NCBI GenBank assembly: GCA_964016885.1 | Contig: OZ024740.1 | Coordinates: forward strand, 208,816,001 to 208,880,000 | Origin: Eledone cirrhosa | Taxonomy: Eukaryota | Length of the DNA stretch: 64,000 nucleotides | Direction of reading: 5' to 3' | In this document: positions 53,201 through 64,000 of the stretch, piece by piece | How the letters are laid out: every line of letters begins with the position of its first letter | Numbering within the stretch: the stretch's first letter is position 1 | The notes under the pieces: model-generated | The model's input: only the letters and a program-made list of their open reading frames with translations | Databases searched by the model: none | Told to the model about the DNA's origin: nothing | Translations under genes and position numbers: made by a program

Positions 53201-56200
53201 TTTGTTTCTATCTCTTCACTTTATATTTGACATTGCTAGTGCAACTGGTGTTTATGTCCTGCATAAACAGAAGTCCCACAGATTCTGTGTGTAGCACCCT
53301 ATCTCTAAGCCATGCACAACCCATGCCAGTTTAGAAAAACATATAAAATGTTATGTTATTATTTGAGCTTGTGTGTTAGAAAGTAGCTGAAAATCAACCA
53401 CATGCGAAAGAAGCATCTACTGGTTTTCAAAGATTAATAAAATATGTATATCATGAGAATTGCAGGAGGTTTTAGTGTTAGAGTAATTTATGTGAACATG
53501 TAAATGGTCATGTTTTAAAATTAGAAATCTTTTATATTTTCATTGAGGGTAGTGGGTTGGCAGAATCATTAGAGTAGTAGACAAAATGCTTTGCAGCATT
53601 TAGTTATGTCCTTTTGCGTTCTGAGTTCAAATCCCACTGAAGTTAAATTTGCCTTTCATTCTTGAAAGGTCAATGAAATAAAGGACCAGTGAAGTACTAG
53701 GGTCAATATAATGAACTGTCTAAATTTGAAATCACTATTTATTTTTCCTTATTTTTATTACAATTACTATTGTTGATTTTCTTTTTTTTTTTAGGCAACT
53801 GATGAAATGAAAGTACTGATGAAGAATCAAGATATAGTCCCTTTATTTTGTCAAATTCTTGGCACTTGTGAAAAATCTCAGGTTTGTTTACCATTTTGTT
53901 TCATTTTAGATCATCCAAATACATTATATACGGTAACACAAGTTTTTTAAGCAGAAGTTAGCCTTGCAGGCCACATGATAGACTTCATACTCATCGTGCG
54001 CCCATTTTGAGGCAATGTTTTACAGTGAATGTTCTTTATTTAGTCACCTAACACATATGGATACAGTATATCGATTCTAAACTGGATACACATGACAGCA
54101 AATACATAATCCATCCATTGATCCATCTGGGTGCAGGTATGGTTATATGTGTACACATTGTTTATGATTAAAAGGTATGCTTCACAACCATATGGGCTTG
54201 ATATAATGTTCTGGCCATTTCTAAGGATACAGAACTGAATATCTGTGAAGGCTTATGAATGAAAATGATATGTGATAGATGAATGAAAAGAAGCTATTAT
54301 TTAGTCTCAGTAAATATGTTAAAATAGAAAACCTGTTGTTTAACTAACAGTACTTGTAATACTTTTTATTTCAAGGTTCGGCAATATGCTGCAGTCCTTT
54401 TAAGAAGAAAGATTCAGAAAAAACAACAATATTTTCACCTGTCTGAAGACATACGAAAAGAGTAAGTTTCTACACTATTACATTGCCATGGTGTTTTTTT
54501 GATGACATAAAAATGAGAAATTGTTTCTTCACCATCTTCATTTAGCATTCTAATCAACACCATAATTGATATTTAAATCATTCCATCTGTTTTTGTTTTT
54601 TTTGCTTACCTCAAGCAAGGCAATAAAGCCACTAAAAGGCAATATTTTACAGCTGGATGTCCTTGGATACATTCTTTCATAAGATTATGATGGAAGGTTT
54701 TAATTTATAAAATGATGATTGATACTCGCTTGGTTTTGTATCATCTGAAGATTCAACTTGTGAATTAAGATGTAAGTGGCTGTGTAGTCTACAGACACAT
54801 GTACCCTTAACATAATTCCCAGGCCTAATCAAGATGACAATATATGAAGAGGCTGGCCCTTTGAACTACAGAGCCAGTCCTTTGGACCAGCTTCCGTACA
54901 TTTACCATCTACCCAATATTATAAAGCTTAGGTCAACAATGGAGACACTTACTTCCCTGAGATGCCATGTAATGGGATCAAACCCAGGTCCTTGTGATTG
55001 CAAAGCAAGCTTCCTAACCACTCAGTTTCAGGTTTTAACCATAGAGCAAGAGGCAGTCGTGGGTGGCTTGGTATAAAAATGGTTAATTGTTAATCTTTGG
55101 AGTTAATGTGATGGCCTAGTGGCTAGGATGTTGGACTCACAATCATAAAATTGTGAAAGAATGTTATATTCTTGAGTAACACACTTCATTTCATGTTGCT
55201 TTTCATGATAGGACTGGGACCCTATCATTAAAATACCCAAAAAATCTCCTGTGAGATGCAGCCTATTAAGAGGCCAGCTAAAGCTGTATAAGTGTAAGCT
55301 GTCAGTTTCATTTCATTTTGAGTGAATGAGAAAATATCGTTATTTATGGCTTTCTAATGAAAAACATTACCGATGATTTTCAATTAATTTTGAAAATCAT
55401 CAAGAATTTGGAGGGATTTAGTAATATAATTAATTTTCTTTTTATTAAGTTGATATTTGGAACATAAAAGTTTCTTACATGGCTTAGTGGTTAGAGCATT
55501 GGCCTTGCAATTGAAAGGTTGTGAGTTCAATTCTCAGACCGGGGTGATGTGTTGTTTCCTTGAGCAAGACACTTTATTTCACATTGCTCCAGTTTACTCA
55601 GCTGTAGAAATGAGATGATAGGGACTGGGGTCCCTATCATTCCACTGCAAAGTGGTCGTGGGGGTGCCATGGCAAAAAAAGCACCCAGCCCACATTGCGA
55701 AGTGATCGTGGAGGTGCCACAGCAAAAAAGCACCCAGCACTCACTGTAAATGAGGTTGGTGTTAGGAAGGGCAGGCATCCAGCTGTAGAAATCAAGCCAG
55801 AATCGGTTCCCGTCCCACCCTTGCAAGCAGGGAAAAAGCAGACGTAAAATGAAATGATGATGATGAATTACGATGGGAAGATTTTAAAGAAATATGTGAT
55901 GTGCTAGTTGTGTAACTCTTGTTGGAGTCATAGGGGTATGGTGTTTCTTGGCCATTTTAAGCATGGCAGATCCCATTCCTCTCCAGGTCTGAACATGGCA
56001 GATTTCTTCCAGAGAAGGATGGAAAGTGAAAAATATATAGAGGACGAATCAACCCCAATACTGGACTGGTACTTTTTTGAATGGCAAAGGACCTCAGCAG
56101 GATTTGAACTTGTAAATACTTTAAAATAAAGTTTTATATCACAGCTCCAGGTGTAATTTGAGAGTTTTGGTATCAAAGGGGTTAATTCTGTTGAACCAAT

Positions 56201-59200
56201 TGTTAAGTGTCTGTGTTGTATGTTGTTTTCTTCTATTATTAAAGTTTTTCTAATATTCTTTCTACAGAATCAGAGCAAACATTCTCCAGTTGTTTCTTCA
56301 TGAAACAGAGTAAGTTCCAGTATATCTTTTTATTGTTATTTGGATGTGAAGGTGTGTGATTTAGAGGTTAGGTGTGTAGGTCTCATGATCGTAATAGGGC
56401 TGTGAGTTAAATTCCCAGATTGGGTGGTGTATTGTATACTTGAGCAGGGCACTTTATTTCATGTTGCTCCAGTTCACTCAGCTGAAAATAAATACTAGCA
56501 GCAGCTGGTGATGACCCCTGCAATGGACTGGCATCCCATCTTGTACTCACAGTCACTTAATGTCACATGAAACTGGGATAAGATCCAGCCTTCATCCAGC
56601 ATGTGCAAACATAGAAAAATGAACATAAAAGCAATGTCTCTCTCTCCAGTAAGTTTTTTTCATTTTTTTCTAAAACATTAATAGTTTTACTGGCTCCAGC
56701 TAGGACATGGTGAGAATTTTAATATTACTTCACTAAATTTTATGATAAAACTTTTTCTTCAAAGATAAATTACATTGTGATGTATTCTTCAACATAAAAC
56801 ATTTACTTTATATCCTTATGTATAAGTTATACCAGTAGATATATCATTCTTCCATTTTACATACATTTACAATATACCATATATTTTGAATTGAGGTCTT
56901 GTAAGTCAATTGCATGCTGGATTTTCAGAAAATTTTGTTTGAAAAGGTGCAACTTATATGGTAATATAGAAATACACACACACACATATTCATTCACAAA
57001 CTTTATATGGTCATTTAAAGCAGGGGTTTAGCCTTCTGAGTTCAATGACAGGCTTCATAATCATAAGGTCCTTTTTGAGACAATGCTTTATGGTTGGATG
57101 CCCTTCTTAGTCCTTAACCTTTTAGTTGCCGCTAACAACACACTGGTGAACATATTCTAAACCAGATACCCACAGTAATATATAGAAATTCCATTTTGTT
57201 TAAATCTTATATCAATGAAGAAGATTAAGACATTGTCTGTTTTGTAGGAAATGTGTACAGACAGCAATTGCTCAAATAATTGCCACAGTTGCTAAGCATG
57301 AATTGCCCAGTCAAAATTGGCCAGAGTTTTTCAGTTTTATTTTGGAATATTCTCGGGACCATGATCCCCGACACAGGGAGGTGAGTACCTTTAATAAATT
57401 GGGAAATTTTCTTTCTTTTTCTGAAGCTGATATTTTCACTTTCAGTTTTTAATTTACAGAACAAGGGCTTTATTAATGACCATAGTCGCTTATTTGTTGT
57501 TTATGGCTATATGGTTAAGGAGCTTGCTTTTCAACCATGGGGTTTTGGGGTCAGTAGCAACTTGGGCAAGTGGTTTCTACTATAGCTTTGATTTACTCAG
57601 TACCTTATGGATAACATTTGGGAGCTGGAAAAAATACCAGACTGGGGGGGGGGGGGGGGGGGGGGGTTACTAAGATCAATAGAATTAACTAAAAGCCCTT
57701 AGTATAGTATATTCATTAACAAATCTCTTGTCTGGTAAATAAAAAGTCAATTTTCTGTTCATAGTTTATCTGTTTTTCTTTTCATTTTTGACCGACTTAT
57801 TTTATAAACTTTTTAGATTGGGATATTTCTGATGCATAAAGTATCTGCCATGGCAACTGAACAATTGAAGGTACATCTTATATCTGTTTTGGAACTATTA
57901 TCAGAAGCACTTTTGGATCAAGAGACCCTAATGGTGCCATATTATGCAATTCTGTGAGTTCTGTTTATTTTTATTTTTGTCTCTACATAATATCAATCAG
58001 GTTAACCCTTTCGTTATCATATTTCTAACCAAAATACACCCCTTATGTGTTTCAATTAATTTCTAACATAATCATAAATTTAGTCTGGTTTCATTAAACA
58101 ACTCTAACTTTTTTATTTATCAACATATTAATGTGATTTTTTTTGAAGAAAATTTAACGAAAGGTTCTCAACCAATTCTATTCCATAATTTTTGTCTCAA
58201 AGTGACTCTAATTACAGGTAAATTCAACAAAATATGAAATTATTTAAATTTTGTCCAAACATCGCTATAGAAAATGGGTTATTAGCTAATATTCAATTGG
58301 GTATACAACAAAATTTTACTATAGAAGAGTTGTGCACATTACTGGATTTATCAGGTGAATTTAAACACAAAAGACAGGTGTACCATAAAGGTATAAATAA
58401 AACGAAAGACTGGAATTTGTCTGTGAAGAAAACTAGAAAACAAAATACACACACACACCATCAACTAGATTAAATAAGCTCTCCCACATACATAGATATG
58501 CAGAAATATACAATAATGATTTACAAAAGAAATTAATCAAAACTCGTCACTCACCTTCCAGGTAAATTAAAATAACAGGTAAATTAAAATTACACATAAA
58601 GAAAAATAAAAACGAAGTAAATTTGAAAATATTAATAAAATAAAATCACACATATATACAAATCAAACAATATTCCTATCATGAAAACTTGTAAAGCACC
58701 CTGCTCTACATAATGCAACCTTGCAGAATGCACATTGGAAAGTTGTTTCAACAGACCTTCCACTAGGAGCTTTCCTTTTTTGATGAAGGCATTCACGACA
58801 CTGCTTTTTGTAACCCTCGATTTTTTTTTTTTTTTTCTTTTTTTTTTTCTTTTTTCTTTTTTCTTTTTTCTTTTTTCTTTTTTCTTCTTTCTTTTTTTTT
58901 TTTTTTCTTTTTTTTTTCTTTTTTCTTTTTTTTCTTTTTTCTTTTTTCTAGTTTATGGAGATCGGCTGAATTCAGAGGGATATCTCTCTGGCAGGCTTTG
59001 TTTTTTCTCCCTACAGTTATTTTTTTTTTTTTAGGAATAACCAGCTCTTAATTGTGTTGCTATATCTGCTCAGAACTGCAGATGGTCGCATCGCTTTCAA
59101 GCCGGTCCCGATTTGGTATATAGTAAAACGCATTAGTAATACTCATATTTACTATATACCAAACCAGGTATCGCCACCATTTACTCCCCGGTCTGCCAAC

Positions 59201-61160
59201 TGAATAATAAGACATCTTCTGATTCATCCGATCTACACCACCTATGTACCTGTTATAATTGAGATTCACAAATGGGGTGCCATTTTCATCCATATGTGGC
59301 CGTGCACAGGTAGACAGAAAATTGATCTGCCTCTTATCTCTGTATGCGGTCGCTAGCAAGTTTCCTTTCTGTCGTTGAATTATTTCACCTTTTTTTTTTT
59401 TATTTTGCTTTTTTTATATCCAACAGCAGTCCTTTTCTACTAGTGATCACTGTAGCACATGTATGTGTTGCCACAGTATCTAAATTCTCCGCAAGTTTGA
59501 CTGAACTGAAAAACTGGTCAAAAATTAATATAATATAATATGGGTATGGAAATGAAATTCCAGACCACATCATACCCTAGGCCATGCTGACTTACATAAT
59601 TGTCTCTTTTGCCAGTATAAAATTCAAATCCAGAGCAGTACCCAGTATTCGATTCGCAAATCTTCCAAATTTTGATCCCCCATTTTGTGGGCTTTCCTAG
59701 CATATGTTGTAGAAAACGCACTTGGCCTTTATAGCCCACCATACCCTCATCGATAGATAAATATCTCCCTGGTTTGTAAACTGTTTTATATATGTTTTGA
59801 ACACAGTCAATGAGGGGTCTTATTTTAAATAAAGGATCATAGTTTGGTTCTCCACGTACTGGTGTACTGCTCGTGTCTCTTACATGTAAATATTGCGTCA
59901 ATTTTAAAAACCGTGTCCTCGTCATTATACTGGAGACATATTCGTCTCCAAAGGGTTTATAGCTATTCCAGTAATTTGTAATTCTGGGTAGCTTTCTAAT
60001 GCCCATAATAATATTTATGGCAAAATAAGCTCTAATTTCATTTAAGCTTGTGGGAAACCACAAACTATCCTTTTTTTCGCTTTGTTTACTTTCAGCGTAA
60101 CAGTTTGTTTCCGCCGTAATGATTTCAAACAAGCTCATAGGAAAAAGTAAAAGGAAATAGTCTAAAGCTTTGCTCTTCTGGGATAGACTGTGACTTGGTC
60201 CAGTTTCTTCACAAAACTCACTGAAAGAAACAGTTTTAAAATTTTTACTCCATTCAGGTGCCAATTCATTTTCTTTATCGCTGTCATCGGAGCTCTCGGA
60301 TTCATTGTTTTCACTTTCGGAAAATGAAACATTGGATTCATTATCAAATACCACGTGCTTTTTTTTTTTTTTTTTCAGTTATAGAGTTAAATTTTTCAAG
60401 GTCTTCAGTGGAAAATCCTTCGAATTCTGACTCGCTGCTTGACAGAATGAAATTGGTGTCCATTTTTTGTCAGAATTACAAATTTTCAAAACACAACAGG
60501 AACAAATTTGGAAAAAAATCTCCCAAAATTCGCAGAATTAAAATAACATGTCGATCGTTGTCCAAAACTAGCTCAATTGTTTACGCAGTATAATCACGTG
60601 TTTTCACGAATGTACTAACGAGATTTGCTCTGATATTCTCATTTAAATATGAATGTGTGAGTTTGGGCAGTTTGGTAATGAAAGGGTTAATTAAATATGT
60701 CTAGTAGATTACATGGTTTTGTGGTTAAGAACTTCAGTCTACAGCCAGAGCAAATCTCGTTAGTATATTCATGAAAACACGTGATTATACTGCATAAACA
60801 ATTGAGCTACAGTTTTGGACAACGATCGACGTGTTATTTTAATTCTGTGAATTTTGGGAGATTTTTTTTCCAAATTTGTTCCTGTTGTGTTTTGAAAATT
60901 TGTAATTCTGACAAAAAATGGATACCAATTTCATTCTGTCAAGCAGCGAGTCAGAATTCGAAGGATTTTCCACTGAAAACCTTGAAAAATTTAACTCTAT
61001 AACTGAAAAAAAAAAAGCATGTGGTATTTGATAATGAATCCGATGTTTCATTTTCCAGCTGTAGTGACCAAGCCAAAACAAAGTGTATAAGCAGGATCTA
61101 GTCACCTGGCCAGTCTGGCCTCAGCACATGGAAAATAGACATTAAACGGTGATGATACAT

Positions 61161-61193
<33 letters not shown>

Positions 61194-63640
61194 CATTTTA
61201 CACCTGCTTTTCCATTCTGACATGGATTGGAGGGGTTGTTTCAAAGTCAGTACTTAATTGGGGCTACAATCCTCTTTGTCTCACTTATGTTCCAGGTTTT
61301 GTATGGTTTCAACAGCTGGCTCCCTTTTTTTACGCCAACCACTTTATAGAGTGCACTGGACACATTTTATCATAGTACCAACATCAGAGAGGTTGTAGTA
61401 TCTCTTGCAGTACTGAAGAGCTATGTGTTACCACTTTGCATTTGACAATTTTTATGCAGGTTGTGGTGGTTATATCCTGTGGCTTGCCTGTTTCGATGTG
61501 CAAAGATCAGTACCTTACATAAAAAAAAGTGAGGGTTGGCGTCATAAGGTTGTCTGGTTTTAAGAAAACTGCCTCAAAAAGACTCTTTGACCCATGCTAG
61601 CATGGAAAAACAGATGTAAAAATATGTAGTGTGTGTGTGTGTATGTGTCAGTAAGAGATTGGACATTTCATAATCTTCAATGGCCAATTTCTTCTCTCAT
61701 AAACTCATTTCTTTTTTTATTTTTGTATTCAGTTCTTTTTCTTTTAGGTGTGTTCTTTTTTTCTTCTAAATTTATTTATGAATTTTCTTTAATATTTGCA
61801 GCACTCTCTCAGAACTAGTTATCATCACTGGTGATGATGAAATGGTAAGTTATCAAATAATTCTAATAGTTATACATATATACACATTTATATCATCATC
61901 ATTGAACATCCATTTTCCTGCTTGCAAGGTTTGGATAGGTCTTCACAGACCACTGACCATCTTAGATGTGCCATGGGCCATATCTCACATACGTTCCTGT
62001 ACTTTATATAGTGTACTGGGTGCATTTTGTCATGTCAACAACACTAGAGAGGCTGTCATGCTCTTGACAAAACTGAAGATTCCTCTTGGCCCTTTTTTGG
62101 CATGGTTTCTATTACCAACCACCTACAAGGTGTACTGGGTGCATTGTTCATGGCACCAGCACTAAAGTAGCTGATGTATCATGTCTGAAGGGTCCTCTCA
62201 ACCCTGGGTGTATCTCATTGAGAACCAGCAGTAAGGAGGCTGTTGGTCATTGACTCGACTGAAGCACATACTCATTCCATCTCCTTCCAGCCCACCTAGG
62301 TCCTGCAGTTCCCAAAATTGGATATTTGCATGAAAATCATTTATCACTGTAGGAGGTAAGGGGTGTACTTATGATTCTTTTCGTGAGTGGGAGGTTTACT
62401 CAAAGCAGAGGCCTGACCCAAATGCTTGCAATTGAGCTAGCTCTGCTAATGGCACCTAAGAGCTAGGTGATCATGTTGAACTGGGCAATCAATTTAAAAA
62501 GATAATAAATGTACAAACTTGACAAAATCTATGATAGTGTTTCTAAAGAACTCAAGTTAAAGCAGTGATGTAAAACAATTGCTGGTTCATGCAGAAAAGG
62601 ATTTAAATAACTAGTAAACAAGTGTGTAATAGAAGAGAACTCTGGATCAGTGCAGTATAGGCAAACATTGTCATGACTAGAATATCAAGGGGAGGGGTTC
62701 AAAGTGTTAAACTTTTCTTGGTGAATATTTTATTTAAAGTGAAATATTTACTGTTCAAAGACATGCATGCAAGTATGCAAATTTTGTGAATTCTAAATAT
62801 CTTTTTTTTAATATAATGCACACACAAACACACACATTATCATTTGTAAAATATAATGATGTTTATATATATTTCAGAAACAAGTACAGAAACTTATTCC
62901 TCCTGTGATAGATGTTGTAAAGAAATTGCTTTCTAAAAATCAAGTATGTTTTATTTGATAAATTGTTTTTGTTTGTTTGTAACTGTTCACTCTAATATTA
63001 TCAATTCTCAAATAGATGAACATCATATCCTAATTATTAACCCCTTTGTAACCATATTTCAAATAAAAGATGCTGCCCATAATTTAAAAATAATTTTTGG
63101 AAATAATCAAGAATTTGGAGGTATTTAGTAATATAGCCACAAACAGGTTAAAGCTGTGGTTTGTGTAAGATGAATATAAAATCTTTTGCTTCTGTTTTAT
63201 ATAGTGGCTTAATGTCATCTAATTTAGGTTCAATTCATATTGACGTAACTGGATCATTTAAACCTGATTGTTTTAAAAAAATTGTTACTGTTCAGTTGTC
63301 GAAGGAAGGGCAGAGCCCATGAACATTTTCAGGGTTTTGAGGATTGTTGGGAGGGGGAAAGTATCTGCACATTGAAGACTTGGTCCGAATTCTTCTAACA
63401 GTACGGGTTCCACTAAAGGCCCCCAAAGACTCTCTCTCCTCTCCACATGAGTCTGTTATCTTTTTAATCATGGGGCATTTTCATATAATTAATACAATAT
63501 TTCCTTCTGTTTTTCAATCCTTTTTCTTTATTTTCTAGGAATGGGCATGTGAATGTATGGAATTATTTGACAGCCTGCTTGAATTTGAAGTAGCAATTGT
63601 TGTCCCTTATTTAAAAAATCTTGTACAACTTTGTTTAGAG
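46608..63640 (+). CDS. IPO4: Importin-4 (karyopherin beta family), coding exons 1-9, gene continues beyond the window
   Basis: Nine GT-AG exons splice in phase to 254 aa: MAFELENIIIQLFTPDSDVVKKATDEMK..PLFCQILG..QVRQYAAVLLRRKI..AIAQIIATVAKHELP..WPE..ACECMELFDSLLEFEV. This is an importin-beta N-terminal domain plus HEAT repeats, recognisably IPO4-like. Confidence 0.9.
48262..48909. mobile_element. Possible solo LTR in IPO4 intron 1
   Basis: TGTTGTTA...TAACAACA inverted termini around a more GC-rich segment. No TSD is seen. Confidence 0.35.
51419..51745 (-). mobile_element. CRE-clade LINE endonuclease fragment
   Basis: DGKKIDGLILCSWSRGRCLTWDITV and AAEGNKILK..LVAFETFGGVG. Confidence 0.75.
51905..52535 (+). 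mobile_element. Decayed RTE-like LINE 3' fragment
   Basis: MTKRIQLQIKAADMGFLRRVFGV..LLLRIERSQLQYY; homologous to 21550-22530. Confidence 0.85.
53795..53881 (+). CDS. IPO4: IPO4 coding exon 2
   Basis: Poly-T AG acceptor; ATDEMKVLMKNQDIVPLFCQILGTCEKSQ; donor GTTTGT. Confidence 0.9.
54376..54461 (+). CDS. IPO4: IPO4 coding exon 3
   Basis: VRQYAAVLLRRKIQKKQQYFHLSEDIRK; donor GTAAGT; phase 2. Confidence 0.92.
56268..56309 (+). CDS. IPO4: IPO4 coding exon 4
   Basis: TTTCTACAG acceptor; (E)IRANILQLFLHET(E); donor GTAAGT; phase 2. Confidence 0.88.
57248..57380 (+). CDS. IPO4: IPO4 coding exon 5
   Basis: KCVQTAIAQIIATVAKHELPSQNWPEFFSFILEYSRDHDPRHRE; donor GTGAGT. Confidence 0.92.
57817..57953 (+). 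CDS. IPO4: IPO4 coding exon 6
   Basis: IGIFLMHKVSAMATEQLKVHLISVLELLSEALLDQETLMVPYYAI(L); donor GTGAGT; phase 2. Confidence 0.9.
58006..60686 (-). mobile_element. piggyBac DNA transposon (decayed) in IPO4 intron 6
   Basis: TTAA TSD on both sides. TIRs CCCTTTCGTTATCA / TGGTAATGAAAGGG. Transposase fragments on the minus strand. Confidence 0.92.
58680..60354 (-). pseudogene. piggyBac transposase, frameshifted
   Basis: Acidic N-terminus, LSIDEGMVGYKG..GKPTKWGIK, YNRYIGGVDRMNQ..KWWR, and C-terminal Cys-rich domain CRECLH..TTFQCAFCKVALCRAGCF. Interrupted by frameshifts and T-rich tracts. Confidence 0.88.
60746..61056 (+). repeat. Inverted partial duplicate of piggyBac subterminal region 60319-60632
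   Basis: Mirror ORFs 60258..60593 (+) and 60839..61105 (-) share nearly identical peptides. Confidence 0.88.
61802..61844 (+). CDS. IPO4: IPO4 coding exon 7
   Basis: TTTGCAG acceptor; TLSELVIITGDDEM; donor GTAAGT. Confidence 0.85.
62878..62943 (+). CDS. IPO4: IPO4 coding exon 8
   Basis: TTTCAG acceptor; KQVQKLIPPVIDVVKKLLSKNQ; donor GTATGT. Confidence 0.88.
63539..63640 (+). CDS. IPO4: IPO4 coding exon 9
   Basis: TTTTCTAG acceptor; EWACECMELFDSLLEFEVAIVVPYLKNLVQLCLE; donor GTGAGA. Confidence 0.9.
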
Positions 63641-63761
63641 GTGAGAACAAGAACAGCCAAACAATTTATTCAACTGTTTTCTTTTATTTGGCTAAAAGTG
63701 TAACAGCTTATCTACTTCGTTATGTGTGAAACATTGACTGCTGGATACATAGATTAATGAT

Positions 63762-64000
63762 TAACAATTGGCCCTTTCCATTCTGAGTTCAAATCCCGCC
63801 GAGGTCAACGTTGCCTTTCATCCTTACGGGGTTGATAAAATAAAGTACCAGTAATGTACTGGGTAATTGCTGGCCTTGTGCCAAAAGAGAAACAATTACT
63901 CATAAGGGCAGTGGATTAGCAGTATCAGTAGAGCGTCAGACACTATGCTTTGTTTCACTTATGTTTTGAGTTCAAATAACGTCAAGGTTAGTTTTGCCTT
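63762..64000 (+). mobile_element. Two tandem SINE family 1 copies (second runs off the window)
   Basis: B-box, core and tail motifs. Confidence 0.8.

Noticed and set aside
58006-60686. Domesticated piggyBac or IPO4-transposase fusion (CSB-PGBD3-like exon trap)
   Set aside because: The transposase is antisense to IPO4 and frameshifted.

Overview
Eukaryotic (animal) genomic DNA, very AT- and microsatellite-rich. The SINE repertoire suggests an octopod cephalopod (inference). Bases 1-6.7 kb are an 11-bp satellite with higher-order structure. From ~6.7 to 46 kb there is no recognisable host gene, only tRNA-derived SINEs, RTE and CRE LINE fragments, a solo LTR, a Gypsy gag-pro relic, Helitron-like elements and MITEs. 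The standout is a cluster of eight (TA)n-associated foldback (inverted-repeat) elements at 15.2-39.3 kb. Most carry type I hammerhead-ribozyme motifs and a one-sided tail, and one carries a Penelope-like GIY-YIG endonuclease frame. Two hammerheads in the window have unusually large stem II inserts. An intact tRNA-His(GTG) gene lies 340 bp upstream of the start codon of an importin-4 gene, whose first nine coding exons (254 codons, assembled by hand) run off the right end of the window. A decayed piggyBac sits in IPO4 intron 6. Most ORFs in the supplied track are microsatellite or repeat artefacts.
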